The notes: a model not told the origin generated them from the sequence alone. DNA of 64,000 bases from Actinomycetota bacterium (GCA_036679125.1 JAZIGI010000004.1:5904-69903), one strand, 5' to 3'. Numbered from the stretch's first letter, positions 46,096 through 56,822 are shown. Program-made: numbers and translations.

Positions 46096-46980
46096 GTGGA
46101 GCCCATCGAACTGAAGCCCTCCGCACAGGGCAAGGTCCGTGACATCTACGACCTCGGGAAGGCGCTGCTGATCGTGGCGACCGACCGGCTCAGTGCGTTC
46201 GACGTGGTGCTGCCCGACCCGATCCCGTACAAGGGCGAGGTGCTCACAAAGCTGTCGCTCTTCTGGTTCGAGCTGTTGGCTGATGTGGTGCCCAACCACC
46301 TTCTCACCGCCGAGGCGTGCGACCTGCCCGAATCGCTCGAGCAGTATGAGGAAGCACTGCGCGGCCGCTTCATGATCGTGAAGAAGGCCGAGGTCTTCCC
46401 GGTGGAGTGCATCGTGCGCGGCTACCTGGCGGGCAGCGGGTGGAAAGAGTACCGCGAGCACGGCACGGTGTGCGGTCAGAGGCTGCCGGGAGGGCTCATG
46501 GAGTCGAGCCAGCTGCCGGAGCCGATCTTCACGCCGTCGACCAAGGCGGCAGTGGGCGATCATGACGAGAACATCACGTTCGAGCAGATGGTCGAGATCG
46601 TCGGCGCCGACAACGCCGTCCGGTTGCGCGACGCGTCGCTCGCGCTGTATGGCGCCGCCCGCGATCACGCGGCCGGCCGCGGCATCATCATCGCCGACAC
46701 GAAGTTCGAGTTCGGTGTGGTCGATGGCGAGATCACGCTCATCGACGAAGTGCTCACGCCCGACAGCTCGCGATTCTGGCCTGCCGACGAGTACCGTCCT
46801 GGCGGAGCGCAGCCGAGCTTCGACAAGCAGTTCGTGCGCGACTGGCTCGAGACGAGCGGCTGGGACAAGCAGCCTCCGGCGCCCGGGCTTCCCGAGGATG
46901 TCATCACGATGACCGCCGAGAAGTACATCGAGGCCTTCGAGGCCATCACTGGCGAACCGTTCATGCCGGAAGGGGACTGA
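46096..46980 (+). CDS. purC: Phosphoribosylaminoimidazole-succinocarboxamide synthase
   Basis: GKVRDIYDLGKALLIVATDRLSAFDVVL...ADTKFEFG...DEVLTPDSSRFW. Confidence 0.93.
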   Translation: MEPIELKPSAQGKVRDIYDLGKALLIVATDRLSAFDVVLPDPIPYKGEVLTKLSLFWFELLADVVPNHLLTAEACDLPESLEQYEEALRGRFMIVKKAEVFPVECIVRGYLAGSGWKEYREHGTVCGQRLPGGLMESSQLPEPIFTPSTKAAVGDHDENITFEQMVEIVGADNAVRLRDASLALYGAARDHAAGRGIIIADTKFEFGVVDGEITLIDEVLTPDSSRFWPADEYRPGGAQPSFDKQFVRDWLETSGWDKQPPAPGLPEDVITMTAEKYIEAFEAITGEPFMPEGD

Positions 46981-46984
46981 GCGC

Positions 46985-47458
46985 GTGTCTCAGCGCAGCT
47001 ACAGCAACGAGCGCTATCGCAAGGACGCCAAGATCGGCTCCACGCGCAAGAGCGCTGCCAAGGCCAAGCCTGTGCGCAAGCAGGGAACGGTCGAGACGGT
47101 GAAGGCCGATACCCCTAAGAAGGTCTCGTCCGGCCCCGAGAAGGACTGGACCGGACTCCCCACTTCGCCCGAGATCAAGAAGTGGCGCCGCGTGTGGTGG
47201 GTGCTGCTCCTCACGGGCATCGCGCTCGTGGCCCTCGGCTATCTGGTGCCGGAGCTCCGCGACAGCGAGAACACCCAGCGCATCATCGCGATGGTGGTCC
47301 TTGCCGCCTCGATGACCGCAGTCACCATCGATCTGGTGGTGATCCGCCGTCTGCGAAAGCAGCTGATCGAGTCGATGGGCAAGAAGCCATCCAAGAAGGA
47401 GCAGAAGCACGCCGCCGGAGCCGACGGTGACGCGAAGAGCGGGAAGGCCAGCGAGTGA
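46985..47458 (+). CDS. Hypothetical membrane protein with a basic N-terminus
   Basis: GTG start 5 nt after the purC stop. It has a Lys-rich N-terminus and two TM helices. Confidence 0.55.
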   Translation: MSQRSYSNERYRKDAKIGSTRKSAAKAKPVRKQGTVETVKADTPKKVSSGPEKDWTGLPTSPEIKKWRRVWWVLLLTGIALVALGYLVPELRDSENTQRIIAMVVLAASMTAVTIDLVVIRRLRKQLIESMGKKPSKKEQKHAAGADGDAKSGKASE

Positions 47459-47805
47459 GCCTGCGCCACGTGCCGATAGACGTCCGTCTGTACCTGTACC
47501 TCTTCTGGGCCGGCATGGCGGTCGCGGGGGCCGGCGTCGTCGGCTTCTTCCTCAGCTTCTGGCGCGTGGGCTCCTCGGCGGCGGCCATGGTCGACGTGCA
47601 CTACGACACGCCTGTGGTAGCGTACGCGTCGATCGCCGCATGGGTGCTCGGGCTCGTGGCGATGTGGTTCAGCAGGCGTAGGCTCGACGCCGCCGTGGCC
47701 GCCAAGCTCGAGGCGGACCGCGCCGGACTGTACGTCGACTTCCCGGACGCCGTGTCCGGAGATGATGGTGTATCGACAGACGCGCCCGAGGGGCGCGACA
47801 GTTAA
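47455..47805 (+). CDS. Hypothetical membrane protein
   Basis: GTGA overlap with the upstream gene. 116 aa with two hydrophobic helices. Confidence 0.5.
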   Translation: MSLRHVPIDVRLYLYLFWAGMAVAGAGVVGFFLSFWRVGSSAAAMVDVHYDTPVVAYASIAAWVLGLVAMWFSRRRLDAAVAAKLEADRAGLYVDFPDAVSGDDGVSTDAPEGRDS

Positions 47806-47821
47806 GGGGAGGAGCCGCCTG

Positions 47822-48064
47822 ATGGCACGCTTCGAGATCTACGTGACGTACAAGAAGGGCATCTTCGACCCGCCAGGCGCCACCGCCGAACGCGCGCTCG
47901 TGAACCTCGGCTATGACGAGGTCTCCTCGGTGAAGATCGGCAAGTACATCCAGCTCGAGGTCGCCGACGGCACGCCTGTGGAGCGGGTGCGCGAGATGTG
48001 CGACAAGCTGCTCGCGAACCCCGTGATCGAGGACTACCGCATCGAGACCGTCGGGGAGGCGTAG
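47822..48064 (+). CDS. purS: FGAM synthase subunit PurS
   Basis: Trimmed to ATG 47822 (RBS AAGGGGAGGAG). MARFEIYVTYKKGIFDPPGATAERAL... Confidence 0.9.
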   Translation: MARFEIYVTYKKGIFDPPGATAERALVNLGYDEVSSVKIGKYIQLEVADGTPVERVREMCDKLLANPVIEDYRIETVGEA

Positions 48065-48067
48065 GCG

Positions 48068-48763
48068 ATGCGCTTTGGAGTGGTGCGGTTCCCCGGTTCG
48101 AACTGCGAGCAGGACGTGGTCCATGCGGTGCAGCACCTCGGATTCGACGCCGGCTACATCTGGCACGGCGACACCGATCTGGCGGGCTACGACGCGATCG
48201 TGCTTCCGGGCGGTTTCAGCTACGGCGACTACATCCGCTGTGGCGCGGTCGCGCGCTTCTCACCGGTGATGGCTGAAGTCGTGCGATTCGCCGAGCGCGG
48301 CGGCCCGGTCATCGGCATCTGCAATGGGTTCCAGATCCTGACCGAGGCGCATCTGCTCCCCGGCGCGCTGTTGCGGAACACAGGGCTGAAGTTCGTCTGC
48401 AAGCCCGCATCGCTGCGTGTCGAGGAGAGCGCGTGCGAGTGGCTCGACCTGCCCGCAGGGACCGTGGTGAGCGTGCCGGTCAACCACAACGAAGGCAACT
48501 ACATCTGCGATGAGCAGACTCTCGAGCGGCTGCGCGGCAACGGCCAGGTGGTGCTGCGCTACTGCGAGCCCGATGGCAGCATCGCCGAGGGCGGCAGCGC
48601 CCCCAACGGCGCACTCGACGACATCGCAGGCATCTGCAACGAGCGCGGCAACGTCTTCGGCCTGATGCCGCATCCCGAACGCGTGGTGGACCCGCTCTCC
48701 GGAGGTACCGACGGCCAGGCGTTCTTCACCGCCGTCGCGAAGCGGATCGCCAGCGTCGGATAG
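48068..48763 (+). CDS. purQ: FGAM synthase glutaminase subunit PurQ
   Basis: FPGSNCEQD...GGFSYGDY...GICNGFQIL...MPHPER (Cys-His triad-type amidotransferase). Confidence 0.93.
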   Translation: MRFGVVRFPGSNCEQDVVHAVQHLGFDAGYIWHGDTDLAGYDAIVLPGGFSYGDYIRCGAVARFSPVMAEVVRFAERGGPVIGICNGFQILTEAHLLPGALLRNTGLKFVCKPASLRVEESACEWLDLPAGTVVSVPVNHNEGNYICDEQTLERLRGNGQVVLRYCEPDGSIAEGGSAPNGALDDIAGICNERGNVFGLMPHPERVVDPLSGGTDGQAFFTAVAKRIASVG

Positions 48764-48830
48764 GGCTCTGACCTGCGCGTTCACATCCTGGTAAGGGTCC
48801 GCTCGTAGTCCAGGAGCCATCGGCTGGCAT

Positions 48831-48862
48831 CCTCGTACCGGAAGTGTTCCATCGGTACGAGG
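48831..48862 (+). terminator. Perfect 10-bp stem-loop after purQ that also pairs part of the next gene's SD
   Basis: CCTCGTACCG-gaagtgttccat-CGGTACGAGG. The 3' arm overlaps GAGGAGG, the RBS of ATG 48873. There is no U-tract. Confidence 0.45.
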
Positions 48863-48872
48863 AGGCATCGCC

Positions 48873-49541
48873 ATGAGATGGGGACGCGCGTTCATCGCAG
48901 CAGTCTGTGCGTGTGCGTTGGTGGCGGGGGGTGCTGCTCCGGCATACGGCGCCGGTGGCCGGGCCACCAAGCGCGTCGGGCCTGGAGGCGCGGTGCCTGC
49001 CCGGTGGAACCTCCCGAAGCCGGCCGTCGTACCGCACGACGACGTCGCTCCACCCGGCGCGGGCGGCATCCTGGGTGATGGCCAGAACACCATCGCGTTC
49101 ACGTCGTTCGATACCGGCGACATGATCGTGGTCCTCGGCACGACGTTCGGCCACGCCGGGTGCTGGTCTGACACCCTCTACAGCGCATCGCGCGGGCTGT
49201 ACTCCTACTGCATCTGGAGCGCGAACACCACGCCCGTCAACGGAGTCCAGCTCGAGCAGCCGGTGAAGTACCGCGCCTACGATCGCGCCTACGGTCTCTG
49301 GGTGCCGAAGAAGGCGGGCTGCGGGTCGGCCGTGGTGAGCTACTGCGCCCTGCAGATGGGCGAGCCTTACAACATCGTGTCCTCCAAGACCGATTACGGA
49401 CGCTGGTACTGCAGCAAGCTTCCGTGGGTGGGATGGAAGCTCAAGGCCGGCGTCGATCTCGACGCCGACGGCGGGTACTGGGTGTGGCCGGTCGACCTGG
49501 TGAACGACAGCGACACGGCCGTGTTCGCAAGCGCGAGCTGA
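48873..49541 (+). CDS. Secreted permuted papain-like (NlpC/P60-YiiX-type) hydrolase candidate
   Basis: Signal peptide MRWGRAFIAAVCACALVAGGAAPAYG. His precedes Cys: GDMIVVLGTTFGHAGCW ... GRWYCSKLPWVGW. Confidence 0.55.
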   Translation: MRWGRAFIAAVCACALVAGGAAPAYGAGGRATKRVGPGGAVPARWNLPKPAVVPHDDVAPPGAGGILGDGQNTIAFTSFDTGDMIVVLGTTFGHAGCWSDTLYSASRGLYSYCIWSANTTPVNGVQLEQPVKYRAYDRAYGLWVPKKAGCGSAVVSYCALQMGEPYNIVSSKTDYGRWYCSKLPWVGWKLKAGVDLDADGGYWVWPVDLVNDSDTAVFASAS

Positions 49542-49547
49542 CGCGGT

Positions 49548-49589
49548 GGATGCTCCGCCCCTCGCGCGGACGCGCGGGGCGGAGCATCC
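49548..49589 (+). terminator. GC-rich hairpin terminator
   Basis: ggatgctccgcccctcgcgcg-ga-cgcgcggggcggagcatcc, a near-perfect ~19-bp stem 7 nt after stop 49541. Confidence 0.6.
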
Positions 49590-49630
49590 CTGCCGCTTCA
49601 TCGGAGGGACGCCGGAGCAAGGGGGATATC

Positions 49631-50731
49631 GTGGCTCGAGTCATGGGGCTGGTGGCGGGCGTGTGCCTGCTCGCGCTGCTTGCGGGGTGCTCGATGCCCG
49701 GAGTGCGGAAAGAGCCGATCGACGGCGACGTGATCGCCGTGGTCTCGTACTCGCCGCACGAAGTGGTGCTCGTCGACCGGAAGACGCTCTCGGTCATCAG
49801 GCGGGTGCGGTTGCGCTCGATGGGGACCGACCCGGTCGCGATCGCGGAGCGCAGGGTGTTCGTCACCGCGCAGTGTGGCGGCGTGGGCGCTGACAGCGAC
49901 GATGCGGTGGCCGTCGTCGACCTGTCACGCGGCGGCGAGGTCACGTACATCGAGCTGCCCACGGTGAACCCCGGGTTCCTGGAGTCCGCGGGGCCGGACA
50001 CGCTGTTTGTCTCGCACGGTGTGTGGGTCGAGGGAGCGTTCCCGGTGACGGAGGTCGACCTCTCACGGGGGACGGCTGTGGCGCGTGACGCGATACCCAA
50101 CGCCCAGGGAGACCTGATCGCGGTGGCGGGAGCGCTCTGGACGGCCGGCGTGGAGGATGCGGGCATCAACGCGACCGGTGATGGGGCGGACAGCGAGGCC
50201 CCGGTCGCGACCGTCCGCAGAACGCCGCTCGATCACGCACGACCGCACGTGCTCCCATGGTCGGAAGAGCCGCCGCTGCTCGCCCGTGATGGCGCGAGCG
50301 CCGACACCCTGCTGGCGGTGACCGGCGCCGGCGGATCCGCCGAGGTGGCGCGTGTGTCGGCAGCGACCTCCGAGCGCATCGCCGCCACGACGGTCCGTGG
50401 TCTTGCGAGCGGCCTCAGTCAGGTCGTGAACGCGGGAGGCACCCTGGTGATGCGCGACTCGAGCGGTGCGGACATGGCGGATCCCGGCGGCCCCCTCGTC
50501 GTGCTTGACCGAGCGACGCTCAGGGAGCTTCGCCGCATCGAGGCGGGAGGCTGCGTCTCGCACCTGGCCGCGCTCGGAGACCTCGTCTACGCCGTCACCT
50601 GGGACTCGGGCGAACTCCTCGAGATCGACCCCGCATCCGGCGAGGTCCTGCGGCGCACGCACATCAGCGGCCTGGAGTGCAAGATGCTGCAGGTTGCCGC
50701 CCTCGGCCACAGAGCGACAAGCGGCCCGTAA
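49631..50731 (+). CDS. Lipoprotein, probably a beta-propeller (YncE-like repeats)
   Basis: Trimmed to GTG 49631 (GGGGGA RBS). The lipobox is LLALLAGC. The body is repetitive and beta-rich. Confidence 0.65.
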   Translation: MARVMGLVAGVCLLALLAGCSMPGVRKEPIDGDVIAVVSYSPHEVVLVDRKTLSVIRRVRLRSMGTDPVAIAERRVFVTAQCGGVGADSDDAVAVVDLSRGGEVTYIELPTVNPGFLESAGPDTLFVSHGVWVEGAFPVTEVDLSRGTAVARDAIPNAQGDLIAVAGALWTAGVEDAGINATGDGADSEAPVATVRRTPLDHARPHVLPWSEEPPLLARDGASADTLLAVTGAGGSAEVARVSAATSERIAATTVRGLASGLSQVVNAGGTLVMRDSSGADMADPGGPLVVLDRATLRELRRIEAGGCVSHLAALGDLVYAVTWDSGELLEIDPASGEVLRRTHISGLECKMLQVAALGHRATSGP

Positions 50732-50749
50732 TGGCCGTGCGCTTTCGGC

Positions 50750-50755
50750 TACAAT
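50750..50755 (+). promoter_or_regulatory. Putative -10 hexamer TACAAT upstream of purL
   Basis: ggcTACAATcgag lies 42 nt upstream of ATG 50797. Confidence 0.3.
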
Positions 50756-50796
50756 CGAGCCACCATCAGCCGCCACTGCCCGGGGAGCACCGCGAT

Positions 50797-53049
50797 ATGC
50801 CGATTCCAGATCTCTCGCCCGAACTCGCACCGCAGCTTGCTGTTGAGCTCGGTCTCAAGCCCGACGAGTACGAGAAGGTCGTAGACATCCTCGGCCGCAC
50901 GCCTACGATCACCGAGCTCTACATGTACTCGCTGATGTGGAGTGAGCACTGCTCCTACAAGCACTCCCGGAAGACGCTTGGCATGTTCCCCACCACGGGC
51001 GAGCACGTGCTGCAGGGCCCCGGCGAGAACGCCGGCGTCATCAGCGTGGGCGATGGCTGGGCGGTGGCCTTCAAGATGGAGTCGCACAACCACCCTTCGG
51101 CGATCGAGCCGTACCAGGGCGCTGCCACGGGCGTGGGCGGCATCATCCGCGACATCTTCACGATGGGTGCGCGCCCGATCGCTTCACTGGACTCCCTGCG
51201 CTTCGGCACGCTCGACAAGCCGCGGCAGCGCTATCTGTTCGAGGGCGCCGTTGCGGGCATCGGCGGCTACGGCAACTGCCTCGGCGTCCCCACCGTGGGC
51301 GGCGAGGTCTACTTCGAGGAGGCGTACGAGGGCAACTGCCTCATCAACGCCATGGCTGTGGGCCTGATGCGCGAGGAGAAGCTCACGCGTGCGGTCGCCG
51401 CAGGCCCGGGCAACCTCGTGGTGCTCATCGGCTCCACCACCGGTCGCGACGGCATCGGCGGGGCCTCCACTCTCGCCAGCCAGGAGTTCGACGAGAAGGC
51501 CGAGGACAAGCGGCCGAGCGTGCAGGTGGGCGACCCCTTCGAGGAGAAGCTGCTGATCGAGGCGTGCCTCGAGCTGCTCGACAAGAGCCTGCTCGTGGGA
51601 CTCGGCGACCTCGGCGCCGCGGGCCTCACGTCGAGCGCGAGCGAGATGGCATCTCGTGGCGGTGTGGGCCTCGACATCGATGTCTCGAAGATCCCCGCCC
51701 GCGAAGAGGCGATGAAGCCGTTCGAGTACATGGTCTCCGAGAGCCAGGAGCGCATGCTCGCGGTCGTGACGCCGGAGGACCTCGAGGCGGTCCACGAGGT
51801 GTGTGGCCGTTGGGGCCTGCGCTCGACCGTCATCGGCGAGGTCACCGACACCGGCCGGTTCGTGGTCCGCGAGGGTGAGACCGAGGTGGCTGACATGCCG
51901 GCGGCCACACTCGCGCACGACGCCCCCGTCTACCATCCTGCCAAGGAGCGTCCGGCCTATCTCGATGAGGTGCAGGCGTTCGATCCGAGCACGCTCGAGC
52001 ATCCCGTGTCGCAGGAGCAGCTCGGCGACACGCTGCTCAGGGTGCTCGCGAGCCCCAACGTGTGCTCGCGTCACTGGATCTGGGAGCAGTACGACCATCA
52101 GGTCATGCTGAACACTGTGGTCGTGCCGGGTTCCGACGCGGCCGTGCTCCGCATCGGCGACACCGGGCGTGGGGAAGTAACCGACCGGGGCATCGCCGTC
52201 TCTACCGACTGCAACGGGCGGTATTGCTACCTCGATCCGTACACCGGTGCGCAGATCGCGTTCGCCGAGGCCGCGCGCAACGTCGCGTGCAGCGGCGGCC
52301 GGGCAGCGGCGATCACCGACTGCCTCAACTTCGGCAACCCTGAGAAGCCCGAGGTGTTCTGGACCTTCTACGAGAGCGTGCGCGGCCTCTCCGACGCATG
52401 CACCGCTTTCGGTGTGCCGGTCATCAGCGGAAACGTGAGCTTCTACAACGAGAGCTTCGGTCAGCCCATCTACCCCACGCCCACGGTCGGCCTGGTCGGC
52501 ATCCTCGAAGATGTCTCCCGTCACTGCACGATGGACTTCAAGCAGGAGGGCGACGCGATCGTGCTGCTCGGCCACACCAAAGACGAGCTGGGCGGGAGCG
52601 AGTACCTCAAGGTGGAGCATGACCTCGTGGCAGGGCGGCCCCCGAAGGTCGACCTCGTCTCCGAGCGGCTCCTGTGCGAGCTGCTGGCGACCGCGATCGA
52701 GACCGGGATCGTCCGCTCCGCACACGACTGCTCCGAGGGCGGCCTCGGCGTTGCGCTCGCCGAGTGCTGCATAGCCGGCGGAGTGGGTGCCACGGTCGAC
52801 CTCGGCGGTAAGCTGCCGGGCGTCGCGGCGCTGTTCAGCGAGTCGCAGGGCCGTGCGGTGCTCACGGTCGCAGCCGACCACTTCGAGGCGCTCAGGGTAC
52901 TCGCCGCCACGCACGCGACGCCATGCGCGAAGATCGGCACCGTTGGCGGCGATCGGCTGCGCGTGGAGGGGATGGTCGACCTCTCGCTCGCCGAGCTGCG
53001 TGAGGCCTACCTGCCCACGCTCGAGCGGTTGGTGCACGGGGAGGCCTGA
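50797..53049 (+). CDS. purL: FGAM synthase II, large subunit
   Basis: Trimmed to ATG 50797 (GGGGAG RBS). [18 protein letters not shown]...[26 protein letters not shown]... Confidence 0.93.
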   Translation: MPIPDLSPELAPQLAVELGLKPDEYEKVVDILGRTPTITELYMYSLMWSEHCSYKHSRKTLGMFPTTGEHVLQGPGENAGVISVGDGWAVAFKMESHNHPSAIEPYQGAATGVGGIIRDIFTMGARPIASLDSLRFGTLDKPRQRYLFEGAVAGIGGYGNCLGVPTVGGEVYFEEAYEGNCLINAMAVGLMREEKLTRAVAAGPGNLVVLIGSTTGRDGIGGASTLASQEFDEKAEDKRPSVQVGDPFEEKLLIEACLELLDKSLLVGLGDLGAAGLTSSASEMASRGGVGLDIDVSKIPAREEAMKPFEYMVSESQERMLAVVTPEDLEAVHEVCGRWGLRSTVIGEVTDTGRFVVREGETEVADMPAATLAHDAPVYHPAKERPAYLDEVQAFDPSTLEHPVSQEQLGDTLLRVLASPNVCSRHWIWEQYDHQVMLNTVVVPGSDAAVLRIGDTGRGEVTDRGIAVSTDCNGRYCYLDPYTGAQIAFAEAARNVACSGGRAAAITDCLNFGNPEKPEVFWTFYESVRGLSDACTAFGVPVISGNVSFYNESFGQPIYPTPTVGLVGILEDVSRHCTMDFKQEGDAIVLLGHTKDELGGSEYLKVEHDLVAGRPPKVDLVSERLLCELLATAIETGIVRSAHDCSEGGLGVALAECCIAGGVGATVDLGGKLPGVAALFSESQGRAVLTVAADHFEALRVLAATHATPCAKIGTVGGDRLRVEGMVDLSLAELREAYLPTLERLVHGEA

Positions 53050-53107
53050 GCGCGGACCGTGCTGAGGGTGCTATGCTTCCCACGTTGTCGCACGTAAGGA
53101 GGCGCAC

Positions 53108-53668
53108 GTGGAGCTGCTCACCGGCCTCGGCTTGTCGATCCCGGCAGGTCTGAACGCGTACATCCCGTTGCTCGTTGTCGCTGTTGCCCAGCATTTCGAA
53201 TGGCTGGAGCTCAAGGCGCCGTTCAACACCCTCGGCGAGTGGTGGATGATCGCGGTCATCGCGGTGCTGCTTGTGGTGGAGATCGTCGCCGACAAGATCC
53301 CTGCCGTCGACCACGTGAACGACGCCATCCAGGGGTTCGTCCGACCGGCTGCGGGCGGCATCGTGGCGGTCGCCGCCGCTGGCAGCGCCGTCGATGTGAG
53401 TCCGTGGCTGCTCGTGCTTGCCGGCGTGGTGCTGGCAGGCGGCGTGCATGCCGTGAAGGCCACCGCCCGGCCCGCGGTGAACGTCACCACCGCAGGAGTG
53501 GGGACGCCTGCGGTGAGCGCCGCTGAAGACGCTGGTGCACTCGTGCTGTCGATACTTGCGCTCGTCGCGCCGGTCCTCGTGGTCTTCGTGTCCGCGGGTG
53601 TGGTCTACACGCTCTGGCGGCTCTGGCACCGACGTCGCGATACCGGCAGCTTCGTCTCGGGGCCGTAG
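53108..53668 (+). CDS. DUF4126-family membrane protein
   Basis: GTG follows AAGGAGG. LSIPAGLNAYIPLLVVA...IVADKIPAVDHVNDAI... Confidence 0.7.
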   Translation: MELLTGLGLSIPAGLNAYIPLLVVAVAQHFEWLELKAPFNTLGEWWMIAVIAVLLVVEIVADKIPAVDHVNDAIQGFVRPAAGGIVAVAAAGSAVDVSPWLLVLAGVVLAGGVHAVKATARPAVNVTTAGVGTPAVSAAEDAGALVLSILALVAPVLVVFVSAGVVYTLWRLWHRRRDTGSFVSGP

Positions 53669-53673
53669 CCGGC

Positions 53674-53982
53674 GTGCCCGCCGACCCCGAAACCCTGCAC
53701 TCCCTCAAGCGCGGTCTACGCAGCGACGATATCGCCGTGCGCGAGGACGCCGCGACTCAGACCATCGCCGTGGCCCGCGATGCGCTCGTGCCGGTCCTGA
53801 CCGAAGCGCTGCTCTCAGGCACCCCCGTTGTGTGCGAGCGAGCGCTCGCGCTGCTCGAGCATCACGCCGGGGCCGAGGCCGCCGACGAGGCGCGTCGAAT
53901 CGTCCTCGGCGGTGGGTCGGACGCCCCGAAACGCCTCGCTCCCGTGCTTGCCCGGGTGCTCGCTTACGATGCCGACGCCTGA
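53674..53982 (+). CDS. Hypothetical helical (HEAT-like) protein
   Basis: 102 aa, GTG start, weak RBS. The composition is helical-repeat-like (LRSDDIAVREDAA..). Confidence 0.4.
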   Translation: MPADPETLHSLKRGLRSDDIAVREDAATQTIAVARDALVPVLTEALLSGTPVVCERALALLEHHAGAEAADEARRIVLGGGSDAPKRLAPVLARVLAYDADA

Positions 53983-54055
53983 CCGTTCGAGAGCGGCTCG
54001 TGCTATCCTACTCGGCGCACATCACCCTACTTCATCGAGGACGTGGGATTCCGGT

Positions 54056-55519
54056 ATGACGGACTGCCATCGCGACGACGAGTGGATCTTGAGCGAGCGC
54101 CCGGACCACATGGAGGAGGAGTGCGGCGTCTTCGGCGTGTGGGCCGACGGTGAAGACGTTGCCCGCCTCACGTACTTCGGCCTGCATGCGCTGCAACATC
54201 GCGGCCAGGAGTCGGCCGGCATCGCGGTGGCCGACGGTCACACGCTCATGGTGGTGAAGAACCTCGGCCTGGTGCCACAGGTGTTCGCCGAGAGCGATCT
54301 CGACTCGCTGCAGGGGCACCTCGCGGTGGGACACACGCGCTACTCCACCACCGGCGCGTCCAAGAAGTGGGAGAACGCCCAGCCGATGATCTCGGCGATC
54401 GGCCCCAACACCATCGCGCTCGCGCACAACGGCAACCTTGTGAACACCGCGTCGCTCCGCGAGGAGTTGCAGGCGCTCGGCGTCCGATTCCGCTCGACCA
54501 CCGACTCCGAGGTCATGGTCCGGCTGGTCGACCACTTCACGCAGCAGCACAACTCCATCCGCAGCGGCATCCGTGACGCAATGCGTCTGATGCGCGGCGC
54601 GTACTCCGTTGTGATGATGTCCGAACAGGCGCTCTACGCGTTCCGTGATCCGCAGGGTGTGCGTCCGCTGTGCATCGGCCGGCTGCCCGACGAGCGCGGA
54701 TGGGTCTTCGCTTCCGAGTCGTGCGCCCTGGACATCATCGGCGCCGAGTATGTCCGCGACGTGGCGCCCGGTGAGCTCATCCGCGTGAAGGACGGCGTGT
54801 TCGAGGCCGAGCAGGCCGTGCCCGCCGAGAAGCCGAGCCTGTGCGTCTTCGAGTTCGTCTACTTCGCTCGGCCGGACACCGTGCTCAACGGACGCTCGGT
54901 CTACGAATCGCGCCGGGCGCAGGGTGTGGCGCTCTCGCGCACGCGGCCCGTCGAGGCTGACCTCGTGATCGGCGTACCCGACTCGGGCATCCCTGGCGCT
55001 GTGGGTTACGCCCAGGCGAGCGGCATACCGTATGCCGAGGGGCTCGTGAAGAACCGCTACGTGGGGCGCACGTTCATCTCGCCCACGCAGTCGCTGCGGC
55101 AGCAGGGAATCAGGATGAAGCTCAATCCGATGCGCCACATCATCGAGGGTAAGCGCCTCGTCGTGGTTGATGACTCGATCGTCCGCGGCAACACGTCCAA
55201 GAAGCTCGTGCAGTTGCTGCGCGACGCGGGTGCGGCGGAGGTGCACCTCAGGCTGACCTCGCCACCGGTGGTGTGGCCCTGCTTCTACGGGATCGACACC
55301 GACACCCAGGACCAGCTCATCGCGGCGAGTCACTCCGTAGAGCAGATCACCGCGTTCATCGGTGCGGACTCTGTGGCGTACCTGCCGCTCGAGGACCTCG
55401 TGGCCTCGACGAACCGACCGGCGGGCGAGTTCTGCACCGCCTGCTTCGACGGTGCGTATCCCATCGCGATCCCCGATTCCCTTCGCCGCGGCAAACTGCG
55501 CCTGGAGCAGAACGGGTGA
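54056..55519 (+). CDS. purF: Amidophosphoribosyltransferase
   Basis: This is the C-terminal part of ORF 53828..55519. The propeptide is followed by CGVFGVW (N-terminal nucleophile Cys). The PRPP motif is VVVDDSIVRGNT. The start is ATG 54056 or 54110. Confidence 0.92.
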   Translation: MTDCHRDDEWILSERPDHMEEECGVFGVWADGEDVARLTYFGLHALQHRGQESAGIAVADGHTLMVVKNLGLVPQVFAESDLDSLQGHLAVGHTRYSTTGASKKWENAQPMISAIGPNTIALAHNGNLVNTASLREELQALGVRFRSTTDSEVMVRLVDHFTQQHNSIRSGIRDAMRLMRGAYSVVMMSEQALYAFRDPQGVRPLCIGRLPDERGWVFASESCALDIIGAEYVRDVAPGELIRVKDGVFEAEQAVPAEKPSLCVFEFVYFARPDTVLNGRSVYESRRAQGVALSRTRPVEADLVIGVPDSGIPGAVGYAQASGIPYAEGLVKNRYVGRTFISPTQSLRQQGIRMKLNPMRHIIEGKRLVVVDDSIVRGNTSKKLVQLLRDAGAAEVHLRLTSPPVVWPCFYGIDTDTQDQLIAASHSVEQITAFIGADSVAYLPLEDLVASTNRPAGEFCTACFDGAYPIAIPDSLRRGKLRLEQNG

Positions 55520-55962
55520 CGGAAGTCGCAGTGGCGCTCGGCGCGCTCCTCCGGGGCCTGCGTTTCGCGCTCGAGTTCAACCCGCTCGCGGCGACCATCA
55601 CGGTCGCGCTCGCCGCTGGCATCTCCGGCTATCCCCGCGCTCCTCATGAGCGCAGGCTCGAGGCCCTCGGCATCGGGGCGCTCGGCTGGCTGCTCGGCGA
55701 CGGTCTCCGCGTGCTCGGCCATGCACGCGATCTCTACGACGGTGTGGCCGATGCCGCACTGGCCGGTGCGCCGGGGTGGTCAGGGTGGGTCTTCCTCGCA
55801 GCGTGGACGGTGGGCTCACTTGCTATCGGGTACATCGCACCGATGCTGGTGGGCGCGTCGGTGGGACGCCGCGTGACACACGGCACCGGCTGGCTCGCCG
55901 CGGCAGGAGTGGCCGTGGCGCTTACGCTCGCGGTCTCCGCGGGAGCGGGCGCGCTGCGGTAG
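55516..55962 (+). CDS. Hypothetical membrane protein
   Basis: GTGA overlap with the purF stop. 148 aa, Ala/Gly/Leu-rich, about 4 TM helices. Confidence 0.5.
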   Translation: MTEVAVALGALLRGLRFALEFNPLAATITVALAAGISGYPRAPHERRLEALGIGALGWLLGDGLRVLGHARDLYDGVADAALAGAPGWSGWVFLAAWTVGSLAIGYIAPMLVGASVGRRVTHGTGWLAAAGVAVALTLAVSAGAGALR

Positions 55963-55982
55963 GGGCGCACCATCATCACCGC

Positions 55983-56396
55983 TCAGGCAAGCGCCCTGAT
56001 CTTGCACGCCCCGGCGGCTGCCAGCGTGCGGTCATCCGTGACGAGTTCGCAGCCGAGACTCCCCGCGAGCGCGGCGAACACTGCGTCGTACGCTGTGATG
56101 CGATGCTCCACGGCGAGCGTGGCGGCTGAGGCCAGCAGGCGGTCATCGGGCTCGACGAACACGATGTGCAGCTTGCGAAGCAGTTCGATCGCGCGCTCGA
56201 TCTGTTCGGCTGATGCGTGATGTGACCAGAGCGCATTCATCACCTCCAGCAACAGATGACCGGGAGCGTGTAGCACAGACGCTCCGGACTGGTGCTCGTC
56301 CAGCAGCACCAGGGCCGCCTCCACATGTCGTTCACCCTGCGGCTTCAGCCACTTGAGCGCCACGGATGTGTCGACGACCAACGGCCGGCCGCTCAT
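55983..56396 (-). CDS. vapC: PIN-domain toxin VapC (module 2)
   Basis: LVVDTSVALKWL...AYDAVFAALAGSLGCELVTDDRT. It is a paralogue of module 1 and overlaps vapB by 4 nt. Confidence 0.85.
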   Translation of the reverse strand: MSGRPLVVDTSVALKWLKPQGERHVEAALVLLDEHQSGASVLHAPGHLLLEVMNALWSHHASAEQIERAIELLRKLHIVFVEPDDRLLASAATLAVEHRITAYDAVFAALAGSLGCELVTDDRTLAAAGACKIRALA

Positions 56397-56677
56397 GCTT
56401 CACCCGCCTTCCGCCCGTGACCGTCGCGGTCGGCGCGTACCGCCGCAGTCCCGTCGAAGGGCTCGAGGTCGCGCGCGAGGGTACGCATTCCTCGCCGGGA
56501 TGACTCGATATCGGCCGCACGCTCGGCAGCGGCACGCTCCTCCCGCACCTGCGCGACATACACCGCTGCGGCCTCCTGGATCACACCGCTCCTCGATCGC
56601 TTCAGCCACGTGGCGGCCTCGTCCAGCTCGTCGAGCAGACCGTCAGGGATGGAGATGTTTATCTTCGCCATGGCCAT
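56393..56677 (-). CDS. vapB: RHH antitoxin VapB (module 2)
   Basis: MAMAKINISIPDGLLDELDEAATWLKRSRSGVIQEAAAVYVA. Confidence 0.85.
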   Translation of the reverse strand: MAMAKINISIPDGLLDELDEAATWLKRSRSGVIQEAAAVYVAQVREERAAAERAADIESSRRGMRTLARDLEPFDGTAAVRADRDGHGRKAGEA

Positions 56678-56756
56678 GGGGTGCCTCCGTGGTACTAGCG
56701 ATCAGTGGTTCCAGAGAGACTATACCCATCGGCACTGACATGCGGATGCCGCGCCC

Positions 56757-56785
56757 TTGACACCGGCATTGAGCGGTCATACTCT
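56757..56785 (+). promoter_or_regulatory. Sigma-70-like promoter for vapBC module 3
   Basis: TTGACA (56757-62), a 17-nt spacer, then TACTCT (56780-85). It lies 38 nt upstream of ATG 56823. Confidence 0.5.
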
Positions 56786-56822
56786 CGGTATGAAGCACGG
56801 TATGACCATGAAGGGGCACACA

